Shown here piece after piece: positions 17,201 to 23,589 of a DNA stretch of 28,344 nt. The position numbers and the translations under genes are program-made. The notes under the pieces are model-generated. The model made no database searches, was not told the DNA's origin, and saw only the letters and a program-made list of their open reading frames with translations. Source of the stretch: a virus (Duplodnaviria; Caudoviricetes); the IMG/VR virus record IMGVR_UViG_3300037467_001722, positions 1-28,344 of that record. The stretch is one strand, 5' to 3'. Numbering within the stretch: the first letter of the stretch is position 1; every line of letters starts with the position of its first letter.

Positions 17201-17355
17201 ACGAATTCTTGTATTTAGGTGATATAATAGAAGTGCTTGAAACAACCGTTAAAGATGGTTGGAGAAAAACTGATAAAGGTTTTGAAAAAGATGAATCCAA
17301 AAAGGAGACATTTTTAAATAAATGCAATTTACTATATCGTAAAGGAGAAAAATAA
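14218..17355 (+). CDS. dnaE: DNA polymerase III alpha subunit (phage DnaE)
   Basis: PHP domain (HKHTHYS, EHG, GVEFY, QDTHY), GRGSAVS, PDIDLN, YGFNSSHA.....LKAHYPLEY; AAGGAGA SD favours ATG 14218. Confidence 0.95.
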   Translation: MRWENWHKHTHYSNIMTPDCVIKPIDIAKRTVELGGKTMTTVEHGGFGNIFEYYEVAQKHNLKLIFGVEFYYVKDRFEKDRSNTHLLILAKNENGRKQLTKILSEANQTGFYGKGRIDKSLVLSLNPKDVVVTSTCVSSYVNRFDDYEEEFIIPFMNHFKDNFYLEIQSHLDIMQINYNKKILDIHNKFNIPFVVCQDTHYIFPQDKIYRDILLEGKGIKYDDDEGEGFILDFPTSDQIFERFEKQGVFTRKQIEEGMRNTLIVDDFEGVTINKDIKMPSLYPNLSHEEKMSKLKEIVAEEWKKESILVPKESHKERIEGIKFETDIIEQTKMEDYFLFNYEVVKKGKEKGGILTQTGRGSAVSFYLNKLLGFTNVDRFEAPVTLYPTRFMSKSRILETKSLPDIDLNMTNREAFVEATKEILGEDNCYIMIAYGTMKESASFRNLCRAKGLKMEEYNEVAKNLDDYANHPQWKDLIEEAKIFHGVIDSISPSPCAYLILDKNISEEIGLLKVGGEMCCMIDSNTSDAYKYLKEDFLLVTVVDIIAQVCKEIGIEVPSVREITKLVENDEKTWDLYHNGLTVTLNQTGSDSGISQIKQYKPNNIRELTLWVAGIRPSFASMKHYFLNRKPFSYEIKEFDELLKSSDNFVLFQEDIMKTLVYVGFEEDETYGLLKAIAKKKEGIIEPIYERFINGFVAKTGDKDNAEKVWRIIEDAVGYGFNSSHAYSVALDSAYGGWLKAHYPLEYYSTVFNIYENDTEITAKLLRELDYFGIQVKPIKFGMSKATYSYDKETNSIYKGLASIKYLNHQISNELYHLSKNKTYRVVGDKVEYSFLDLLVDIEENTSVNSRQLEILIRLDFFSEFGHKQKLLKLSDIFKNGKIDGFTKDGRPKKIGIHYSKSLSDKSKVQRLENLFKIQDEIMSEENKPYDIYEQIAFEKDVLGSPVFIQPNAKPSFAVVTHVDKKFTPRITLYQLKTGKEVVVKVDKKKFYSDNDEFLYLGDIIEVLETTVKDGWRKTDKGFEKDESKKETFLNKCNLLYRKGEK

Positions 17356-17537
17356 TGGAAAATATTGTAACATTTGCCAAAACTAATGGATATGAGTTAT
17401 CAGAACAAGAAGAATTAGTATTGCATGCTTTTGAAAAAAGTGGAGTATTAAACTTTGCTTTAGGAGTTAATCATGTAAAACTATTACAAATCTTGGAAAA
17501 GTATGACGAATCATCCATTGACAAATCAGATAAATAA
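17355..17537 (+). CDS. hypothetical protein (60 aa)
   Basis: AAAGGAGA SD; TAATG overlap with dnaE. Confidence 0.7.
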   Translation: MENIVTFAKTNGYELSEQEELVLHAFEKSGVLNFALGVNHVKLLQILEKYDESSIDKSDK

Positions 17538-17546
17538 TGATATAAT
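17518..17546 (+). promoter_or_regulatory. sigmaA-type promoter, repeat-family copy 6
   Basis: TTGACA-aatcagataaataatga-TATAAT. Confidence 0.9.
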
Positions 17547-17581
17547 AAGTAGTAGGCGAAAGTCTACTACTTATATTTTTG
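17545..17581 (+). terminator. Rho-independent terminator overlapping the +1 of promoter copy 6
   Basis: ATAAGTAGTAGGC-GAAA-GTCTACTACTTAT followed by ATTTTT. Confidence 0.8.
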
Positions 17582-17600
17582 AGAAAAGGAGATTGATAAA

Positions 17601-18032
17601 ATGGAAGAAAAAATGATTGATATTAGATTGGTGGGTACAGTTTATGAAACTGAATATATTTTGTGTCAACATAGTCATTATGGAAATACTCCATTTTGCT
17701 ACACTTCCTCTGTAACAAGAGAACATTCTCATTTTGAAGTTTGGAAAGGACAAATTGAAAGTCCACCATTGATTATTGGAGATTATATTTTTGTAGATGA
17801 TTTAAATAAAACATTTCAAGTAACTCAAGTAATTCGTTCAACAAAAGGTGGATATGTTTATGTTGTGAATCAAGATAAATATATAGACAATGAAGAATCA
17901 AAAGAAAAAGCAGAACAAGAAAAGAAAGAATTTACAGATTTTATTGACAAGCAAATAAGAAGATATCAGTTAGAAATAGAAGCGGAAGAAATTAAACAAA
18001 ATGAAAAGAAATGGTATCAATTTTGGAAATAG
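17601..18032 (+). CDS. hypothetical phage protein (143 aa)
   Basis: AAAGGAGA SD; C-terminal KKWYQFWK motif. Confidence 0.8.
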   Translation: MEEKMIDIRLVGTVYETEYILCQHSHYGNTPFCYTSSVTREHSHFEVWKGQIESPPLIIGDYIFVDDLNKTFQVTQVIRSTKGGYVYVVNQDKYIDNEESKEKAEQEKKEFTDFIDKQIRRYQLEIEAEEIKQNEKKWYQFWK

Positions 18033-18043
18033 GGGATGACACA

Positions 18044-18892
18044 ATGAATAAGGCAGATAAATATTTTTTAGAACACTTAAAAAACATCAAGGAGATTGGT
18101 TGTACTGATTTACATGGTCAAGTAAGACCTAGATATACAGATGGCTCTCCTGCTCACACAAAATACATAACATTTGTGTCGGAAGAATATGATTTATCAA
18201 AAGGTGAATTTCCTATTTCAACTTTAAGACCTGTTGCTTTTAAATCTGCAATTGGTGAAATATTAGCTTTCTATCAAGACCAAACAAATAGTTTGTCAAT
18301 TATGAAGGATAAATACAAGTTAGGTTGGTGGAAAGCATGGGAAGTAGATGATACAAATACAATTGGTTTACGTTACGGTGCTACCGTTAAGCGATATGAT
18401 TTGTTAAATCGACTATTAGATGTATTAAATAATGATATGTTTAGCAGAAGAAAATTGATGTCATTATGGCAAGAACAAGACTTTATTGATGAACCAAAAG
18501 GATTAAAACCTTGCTTCTACATGACAAATTGGGAAGTTCGTGTAATTGGTGATGATATTTATCTAGACCTTCATTTGACAAGTAGAAGTTCTGATTTTGC
18601 AGTTGCAAGTGTAATTAATCGTGTTCAATATGTAGCATTACAAATGATGATTGCAAATCACTTTGGATTTAAATTAGGTAAATTTAGTGTATTTACATCT
18701 AACTTACATTATTATTTACGTCATGAAGATGGAATTAATGAATTGTTATCAAGAACTCCATCTGAAAAACAACCATATATAAAATTAAATGTTCCACCAA
18801 AAACTAATTTTTATGACATCAAAGTATCAGATTTTGAATTAGTTAACTTTGAGTGTCCATATGAACAATTGGATTTTGAATTAGGAGTGTGA
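18044..18892 (+). CDS. thyA: thymidylate synthase (Bacillus ThyA / phage type)
   Basis: RPRY.DG..AHT, FPI.TLRP, SRR, LKPC (catalytic Cys), RSSD, NLH.Y.RH; AGGGGA SD before ATG 18044. Confidence 0.93.
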   Translation: MNKADKYFLEHLKNIKEIGCTDLHGQVRPRYTDGSPAHTKYITFVSEEYDLSKGEFPISTLRPVAFKSAIGEILAFYQDQTNSLSIMKDKYKLGWWKAWEVDDTNTIGLRYGATVKRYDLLNRLLDVLNNDMFSRRKLMSLWQEQDFIDEPKGLKPCFYMTNWEVRVIGDDIYLDLHLTSRSSDFAVASVINRVQYVALQMMIANHFGFKLGKFSVFTSNLHYYLRHEDGINELLSRTPSEKQPYIKLNVPPKTNFYDIKVSDFELVNFECPYEQLDFELGV

Positions 18893-18896
18893 TTAA

Positions 18897-19388
18897 ATGT
18901 TATCATTAATTGTAGCCCATGACCTCAATCGAGGAATTGGGTTTGATAATAAATTACTCTGTCATATTAAAGATGACATGAAACTATTTAAAGATGTTAC
19001 TACTTTTAAAACAATTGTGATGGGTAGAAAAACTTTTGAGTCAATTGGTAAGCCACTACCAAATAGAAAAACAATTGTTTTAAGTAAAACTTGTATGTGT
19101 GAACATGAGGATGTTTTTGTTTTTGATTCAATCAAAGATGTATTAGTTTTAGATTGTCAATATGGTCACGATATAATTATATGTGGTGGTTCATCTATTT
19201 ATGAACAATTTTTACCGTATGTTGACCGATTATACATCACTGAAATTCAAAACACATTCAAAGCAGATTCATATTTTCCACAAATTGATTTAGAAAATTA
19301 TCAACTAACACATATGAAATACTATCCAAAAGATGAAAACAATGAAAGTGGATTTGTATTTAAAATCTACGACAAATATAATAAATAA
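18897..19388 (+). CDS. folA: dihydrofolate reductase
   Basis: LIVAHD.NRGIG..N.L, MGRKTFESIGKPLPNR, GG..IY, AD.YFP. Confidence 0.95.
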   Translation: MLSLIVAHDLNRGIGFDNKLLCHIKDDMKLFKDVTTFKTIVMGRKTFESIGKPLPNRKTIVLSKTCMCEHEDVFVFDSIKDVLVLDCQYGHDIIICGGSSIYEQFLPYVDRLYITEIQNTFKADSYFPQIDLENYQLTHMKYYPKDENNESGFVFKIYDKYNK

Positions 19389-19391
19389 TGA
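19371..19391 (+). promoter_or_regulatory. orphan copy of the promoter-spacer motif (putative operator)
   Basis: GACAAATATAATAAATAATGA at the DHFR stop, with no -35/-10 context, directly before the AGAAGGT SD of the HD gene. Confidence 0.55.
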
Positions 19392-19404
19392 AAGAAGGTA
19401 CTCT

Positions 19405-20025
19405 ATGTCATATCTATTAACTTATACAGGAAAACAATTTGATTTAATTAATGTTGAAGAAAACGAAATTGATATTGTGGATATTGCTCACTCATTATCA
19501 AGAGTCAACCGTTATAACGGACATCTTGAATATCCTTATTCAGTTGCGGAACATTCTTTAGGGTGTTATTTTCTTGCAGAATATTTAGGGTATTCAAAAG
19601 CAATTCAATTATATGCTCTTGCACATGATTTTTCAGAAGCATATGTTTCAGATTTACCAAAACCTTTAAAAAATATGCTTCCACAATTTTCAGAATTTGA
19701 AGATAGAGTAATGAATACAATTATTACAAAATTAGGATTCCCACTTATTACAGATGAAGAATGGGAAATCGTTAAAAAAATTGATAATACAATGTTATAT
19801 CTAGAATTTAAATATTTAGCAAAGCGTGATGATTATCCTACACAATATGAATACTTAGATATTGATATTAATGAGTCCGCATTTATGGATGAAGTAACAA
19901 CTTTTGGATATAACCCTAACACAAATAAAGAAGAACTTATTGAATTATTTGAATTTTTAATGGAAACACAGGATAAACTAAGAGTTGTAAATGGTGATTT
20001 AGATGAAGTTACAACTGAATCTTGA
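19405..20025 (+). CDS. HD-domain 5'-deoxynucleotidase-like phosphohydrolase (YfbR/YfdR-like)
   Basis: DIAHSLS..NRYNGH, YSVAEHS, LAHDFSEAYVSDLP.PLK, K.ID. Confidence 0.85.
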   Translation: MSYLLTYTGKQFDLINVEENEIDIVDIAHSLSRVNRYNGHLEYPYSVAEHSLGCYFLAEYLGYSKAIQLYALAHDFSEAYVSDLPKPLKNMLPQFSEFEDRVMNTIITKLGFPLITDEEWEIVKKIDNTMLYLEFKYLAKRDDYPTQYEYLDIDINESAFMDEVTTFGYNPNTNKEELIELFEFLMETQDKLRVVNGDLDEVTTES

Positions 20026-20578
20026 GATACCAACATCACTAAATCAATTATATATTAATGAACATAAATATAATCCTAAGACAAAAAGATATGAACCAAC
20101 CAACACTAGAATCTTATCTGAAAAAGGACAAGCATCCAAAAGAAGATTACAGAAATATGCTAAAAAACAAATGGTTGGTCAAGATTGGGATTATGATTAT
20201 ACTTTAAATAATTACATCTATATGGATGTAGTTATTTATTTTAATAAAAAAGGAAGAGACGATAATAACATTTATAAGTTATTATGTGACTCTCTTGAAA
20301 AGATTTGCTACGACAATGATTCAAGAGTATTAATTAGAACGCAACGTATCTATATCGACAAGGATAATCCTAGAATTGAAGTTACTCTTTTACCTGTTGA
20401 ATTCGTTGGAATATTTGATAATCAAGTTCAATTTGAAGTATTTGAGGATAATTGTAAATTCTGCTCTTATTATCGAAGTGGAAGTTGTTCTGTATTAAAA
20501 GGTGCTTTAGAGAATCGTATTCAAGAAGAAATAGATAAAAATTTAATATGTCATAAGTTTAAGAAAAAGAAAACTTAA
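20003..20578 (+). CDS. rusA: RusA-family Holliday junction resolvase with Cys-rich C-terminal extension
   Basis: IPTSLN..Y, RDDNNIYK...DSL, YDNDS.V, DK.NPRIEV. Confidence 0.85.
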   Translation: MKLQLNLEIPTSLNQLYINEHKYNPKTKRYEPTNTRILSEKGQASKRRLQKYAKKQMVGQDWDYDYTLNNYIYMDVVIYFNKKGRDDNNIYKLLCDSLEKICYDNDSRVLIRTQRIYIDKDNPRIEVTLLPVEFVGIFDNQVQFEVFEDNCKFCSYYRSGSCSVLKGALENRIQEEIDKNLICHKFKKKKT

Positions 20579-20585
20579 CATTTTT

Positions 20586-20613
20586 AGAGATTGTCCTTGA
20601 CAATCTCTTTTTT
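20586..20613 (+). terminator. Rho-independent terminator containing a -35 box
   Basis: AGAGATTGTC-CTT-GACAATCTCT followed by TTTTT. Confidence 0.85.
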
Positions 20614-20625
20614 ATGTCTTATACT
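20597..20625 (+). promoter_or_regulatory. sigmaA-type promoter for the HTH gene
   Basis: TTGACA(20597-20602)-17 nt-TATACT(20620-20625). Confidence 0.7.
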
Positions 20626-20663
20626 GACAATATACTAATTACAAAATATTGGAAGGAGTAGGT

Positions 20664-21572
20664 ATGGGTAGAGTTTCAGAGATTGCAAAAATATTCTATC
20701 AAGATGTTAGAGAGAAAAAAAGAGTTGGTAGTAATATTTATAAGAGGGCTTCAACTAGGAGAGGTGGGGCAGGAACGGTAAGAAGTGCATATGATTTTTT
20801 ATCTAATAAGGAGAAGAAAAAATTAAACAGTGAAGTGAGGACTTATAACATGAATGATTTATTAGTAAAAGAAGAGTTTGAAAAATTATCTAATACAGAA
20901 CAAAAAGAGAGACTTGAACATTGGAGAAAAAAATATAAGAATACTGAAATTATTAAATCATTAGGTATTCATGCTTCAACATATTATGTTATGCTCGATG
21001 AATTGGATGTAAAGCGTGATAATAATAGAGGTGCATTTAGACAAACTAGTGTTGTGTCACAAAAAGAATTAGATTATTATAAAAATAATATTTGTTCATA
21101 TGATGAGTTGATGAGTCTTGATGTTGAACAAAGAATGGAAGTTTTTGAAGGATATGATAAAGCATATGGAACTAGCGAACTAGCGAAACAATTAGGAACA
21201 TCTACTCATAATATTTACTATCTAAGAAACAAATTGAAAACATATAAAGCAAAAAAGAAGAGAGAAAGAAAAGCTATTGCTATTTCATCAGAACCAATTA
21301 AGATGAAAGACGAAGTGACAAAAGTTGATGAAATCAATGTATTTGAAGATACTAATCTCGATACCGCTAATGAGCCAATAGAAACGTCAGAAATTGATGT
21401 TGCGGAGGTTACAGATGCAGAAGAGTCTGTTGAAGTTACAAATAGTTTTAGTTTCGATATTAAATTAAGCGGTCAATATGCTAAAGAAGAATTTTTAAAC
21501 AGAATTACAAATGTCTTAAATTTATTGAATGATGATGAGATTGCAGAATTTCAATTTAGTATGAGAAAATAA
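20664..21572 (+). CDS. putative DNA-binding protein with two HTH-like repeats
   Basis: Basic N-terminus; NTEIIKSLGIHASTYY and TSELAKQLGTSTHNIYYLR are HTH-like; acidic linker; AAGGAG SD before ATG 20664. Confidence 0.65.
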   Translation: MGRVSEIAKIFYQDVREKKRVGSNIYKRASTRRGGAGTVRSAYDFLSNKEKKKLNSEVRTYNMNDLLVKEEFEKLSNTEQKERLEHWRKKYKNTEIIKSLGIHASTYYVMLDELDVKRDNNRGAFRQTSVVSQKELDYYKNNICSYDELMSLDVEQRMEVFEGYDKAYGTSELAKQLGTSTHNIYYLRNKLKTYKAKKKRERKAIAISSEPIKMKDEVTKVDEINVFEDTNLDTANEPIETSEIDVAEVTDAEESVEVTNSFSFDIKLSGQYAKEEFLNRITNVLNLLNDDEIAEFQFSMRK

Positions 21573-21602
21573 AAAATCCCCCTATCATAAGATAGGGGTT
21601 TC
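21571..21602. terminator. bidirectional terminator between the convergent genome arms
   Basis: AAAAAAT-CCCCTATC-ATAA-GATAGGGG-TTT. Confidence 0.85.
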
Positions 21603-21649
21603 TTAAATACCTTCACATTGAAGGGTAGTTTAGCGTTACGCTTACCGTA

Positions 21650-21979
21650 TTACTTAATTACATAACCTGCTTTTAATTCATGTAAAACCGATTCAATTAA
21701 AACTTCAACTTCTTTATCAGATACTTGTACACCCTTTTGATGTAAAAGTTCTAATAGATGTTTTTTAGCTTCTTCGAATTTACCTTGTCCATCTAAATTC
21801 TTAAATACTGATTCAACATACATAACAACAAGCCCAGTTAATTCTTTGTTGTGAATTAAGTCTTGAACTTTTTTGTGAGAGTCAATAAACTTAGATACTT
21901 TAGAAATTACGAATCCAACTAGGATAGGTAGCGAAACTAGGAATAAATCTACCAAAATTTGTAAAAATACTGTATTCAT
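21650..21979 (-). CDS. phage holin, LL-H family-like
   Basis: N-terminal TM helix; V..VE......G..K.EEAK...L...G......E...LIES.L.EL pattern; AAGGGGG SD; follows the endolysin. Confidence 0.75.
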   Translation of the reverse strand: MNTVFLQILVDLFLVSLPILVGFVISKVSKFIDSHKKVQDLIHNKELTGLVVMYVESVFKNLDGQGKFEEAKKHLLELLHQKGVQVSDKEVEVLIESVLHELKAGYVIK

Positions 21980-22025
21980 GCGAAAATCCCCTTTTTTTCT
22001 CAATTTTTTTAAAAAAGTGGCTCTG

Positions 22026-22052
22026 AAAAAGCTATATAAAATATAGCTTTTT
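22026..22052. terminator. AT-rich hairpin between endolysin and holin
   Basis: AAAAAGCTATAT-AAA-ATATAGCTTTTT. Confidence 0.5.
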
Positions 22053-22063
22053 TGAACCCTTAT

Positions 22064-22093
22064 AATTTGATAAAATCACTCTTTTATCAAATT
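22064..22093. repeat. 10-6-10 palindrome, copy 8 (arms extend to 12 bp)
   Basis: AATTTGATAAAA-TCACTC-TTTTATCAAATT, at the endolysin stop codon. Confidence 0.85.
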
Positions 22094-22838
22094 AGATTTT
22101 ATGGTATGTAACATACTTCTTGTTAATCCACATACCTTTGCCAAGACATAACCAATCGCCATTAGTTTCATAAACTTTAAAGGATTCACCTCTAGAGACT
22201 ACTTTTACTACATCACTATCTCCATTGCTTTCTTTACGAACATTTAACTTGTCCACAGAAATAGTAGCAATACCAATAGCACCTTTTGGTTTTGTAGGAG
22301 TTACAGGTGGAGTAACAATAGGTTTTTTAACAGGAGTTTCTACTTTAAATACAGGTTTTTTACCTGCAAAAATATCTTTTTCATCTAGTCCACCTGTCAT
22401 TTGAAAATGAGACATGTCTTTAAATTTTTCCCAATCTCCACCATATTCAAAACCAAGCTTCTTAGCTTCTTGTACAACTTCCATCCAATCGGCTTTTCCA
22501 TCTTTATCAAAATCGGATTTAGTATCCCAAACAAATTTTTTTCCTGTTGAATCTACTAAAGCGAAATCAACTGCAAGACCGAAGTTGTGAAGAGATTTTC
22601 CACCTTTTGCTTGTGTAACAACTTTCTCATTTGGTTGGGCTTTGACTTTAGATAAACCAACTTTATCTAATTGTGCTTGAGTACGACCTTTAGCATAAAG
22701 ATTGTTTTGCTCATCAATTGAACGATATGCTTGTGTAATAACCATCTTGTAATTCTTTAATCTTGCATTAGCATTTTTTAGTAACTCTTCTACTTTTGCT
22801 TTTACATACGGATGTAAACCTTCTAATGATACTGACAT
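22092..22838 (-). CDS. endolysin: M15C L-Ala-D-Glu peptidase plus SH3b cell-wall-binding domain
   Basis: ITQAYRS..EQ..LY..GRT, SLHNFGLAVD, WEKFKD..HFQ; Pro/Lys linker; LNVR...W..LG..WI; AAAGGAG SD before ATG 22838. Confidence 0.92.
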   Translation of the reverse strand: MSVSLEGLHPYVKAKVEELLKNANARLKNYKMVITQAYRSIDEQNNLYAKGRTQAQLDKVGLSKVKAQPNEKVVTQAKGGKSLHNFGLAVDFALVDSTGKKFVWDTKSDFDKDGKADWMEVVQEAKKLGFEYGGDWEKFKDMSHFQMTGGLDEKDIFAGKKPVFKVETPVKKPIVTPPVTPTKPKGAIGIATISVDKLNVRKESNGDSDVVKVVSRGESFKVYETNGDWLCLGKGMWINKKYVTYHKI

Positions 22839-22858
22839 AAAAACAACTCCTTTAAAAT

Positions 22859-22893
22859 AATAGTGCAAGAAACTATTAATCTCTTACACTATT
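22859..22893 (-). terminator. hairpin overlapping the +1 of the endolysin promoter
   Basis: Minus strand AATAGTGTAAGA...TCTTGCACTATT (one G-U pair), then ATTTT and the SD. Confidence 0.5.
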
Positions 22894-22894
22894 T

Positions 22895-22923
22895 ATTATA
22901 CTATTATTTATTACATTTGTCAA
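22895..22923 (-). promoter_or_regulatory. sigmaA-type promoter, repeat-family copy 7, upstream of the endolysin
   Basis: Minus strand TTGACA-aatgtaataaataatag-TATAAT, 17 nt spacer. Confidence 0.85.
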
Positions 22924-23150
22924 CCTTGAGGGTCATCTTTCTTTTTACCTTTGATTAACTGTGTAACATTGACCGAACTTATCCCCACAATTAATGTTTG
23001 CATAATTAAAACATAATTATCTGTTAATTCATGGTGAGTTGCATAAAAATATATTCCATAAATAGAATATAATAAGAACACTAGAATCATAGACGATGTT
23101 TTTGCCTCATTAATACTAATTGTTTCTTTTAACCAATTGATAAGTTTCAT
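22920..23150 (-). CDS. small 2-TM membrane protein, putative holin
   Basis: Two hydrophobic helices, basic C-terminus, directly upstream of the endolysin; AAGGGTGA SD. Confidence 0.65.
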   Translation of the reverse strand: MKLINWLKETISINEAKTSSMILVFLLYSIYGIYFYATHHELTDNYVLIMQTLIVGISSVNVTQLIKGKKKDDPQG

Positions 23151-23165
23151 CTTAAATCACCCTTT

Positions 23166-23516
23166 TTATCGTTTGTCTCCATTAAACTTCTTCAATTCTG
23201 TTGTTAACTCTTCAACCGTAACTTGAAGATGTTTGTTTTCAATCATCAATTTAATATTTGCTTCATGTAAAATACCAATCTCTTTTCTCATTTCTCTAAT
23301 CTCTGTTTTTGCACCTTCTAATTCTTCTCGTAGTTCGGCACGAAACGATTTTTCATCTTCTGATAATAATTGTCGTTCAGACATTGTTAGTTCTTTATCA
23401 GATATAATCACATCTTTTTTATTTGTGTTTTTTGTAGCAAGATATGTGATTAGGTTAGTAGATATAGTCAAAATTATTGTTGTCGTAGTTTCGTTGAAGT
23501 AATTTAAGATTGACAT
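23166..23516 (-). CDS. N-terminally anchored coiled-coil protein (holin/lysis accessory-like)
   Basis: Hydrophobic N-terminus, long heptad coiled coil, located in the lysis cassette; AAAGGAGTGA SD. Confidence 0.6.
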   Translation of the reverse strand: MSILNYFNETTTTIILTISTNLITYLATKNTNKKDVIISDKELTMSERQLLSEDEKSFRAELREELEGAKTEIREMRKEIGILHEANIKLMIENKHLQVTVEELTTELKKFNGDKR

Positions 23517-23546
23517 GCTCTCACTCCTTTATTTTTATTTTTAAAT

Positions 23547-23589
23547 AAAAAAATGTGAGACTATTGCCCACATAGTCTCACATTTTTTT
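23547..23589 (-). terminator. Rho-independent terminator after the tail gene
   Basis: AAAAAAATGTGAGACTAT-TGCCCAC-ATAGTCTCACATTTTTTT. Confidence 0.85.

Noticed and set aside
17944-17972. Internal TTGACA upstream of thyA as a promoter
   Set aside because: No acceptable -10 hexamer at 16-18 nt spacing.
14218-18892. Intein or group I intron in dnaE or thyA
   Set aside because: Both frames are continuous and of ordinary length, with no splicing or homing-endonuclease motifs seen.
19405-20025. HD hydrolase as DatZ indicating a 2-aminoadenine (Z) genome
   Set aside because: No purZ/mazZ in the window and the polymerase is an ordinary DnaE; a generic HD nucleotidase is more parsimonious.
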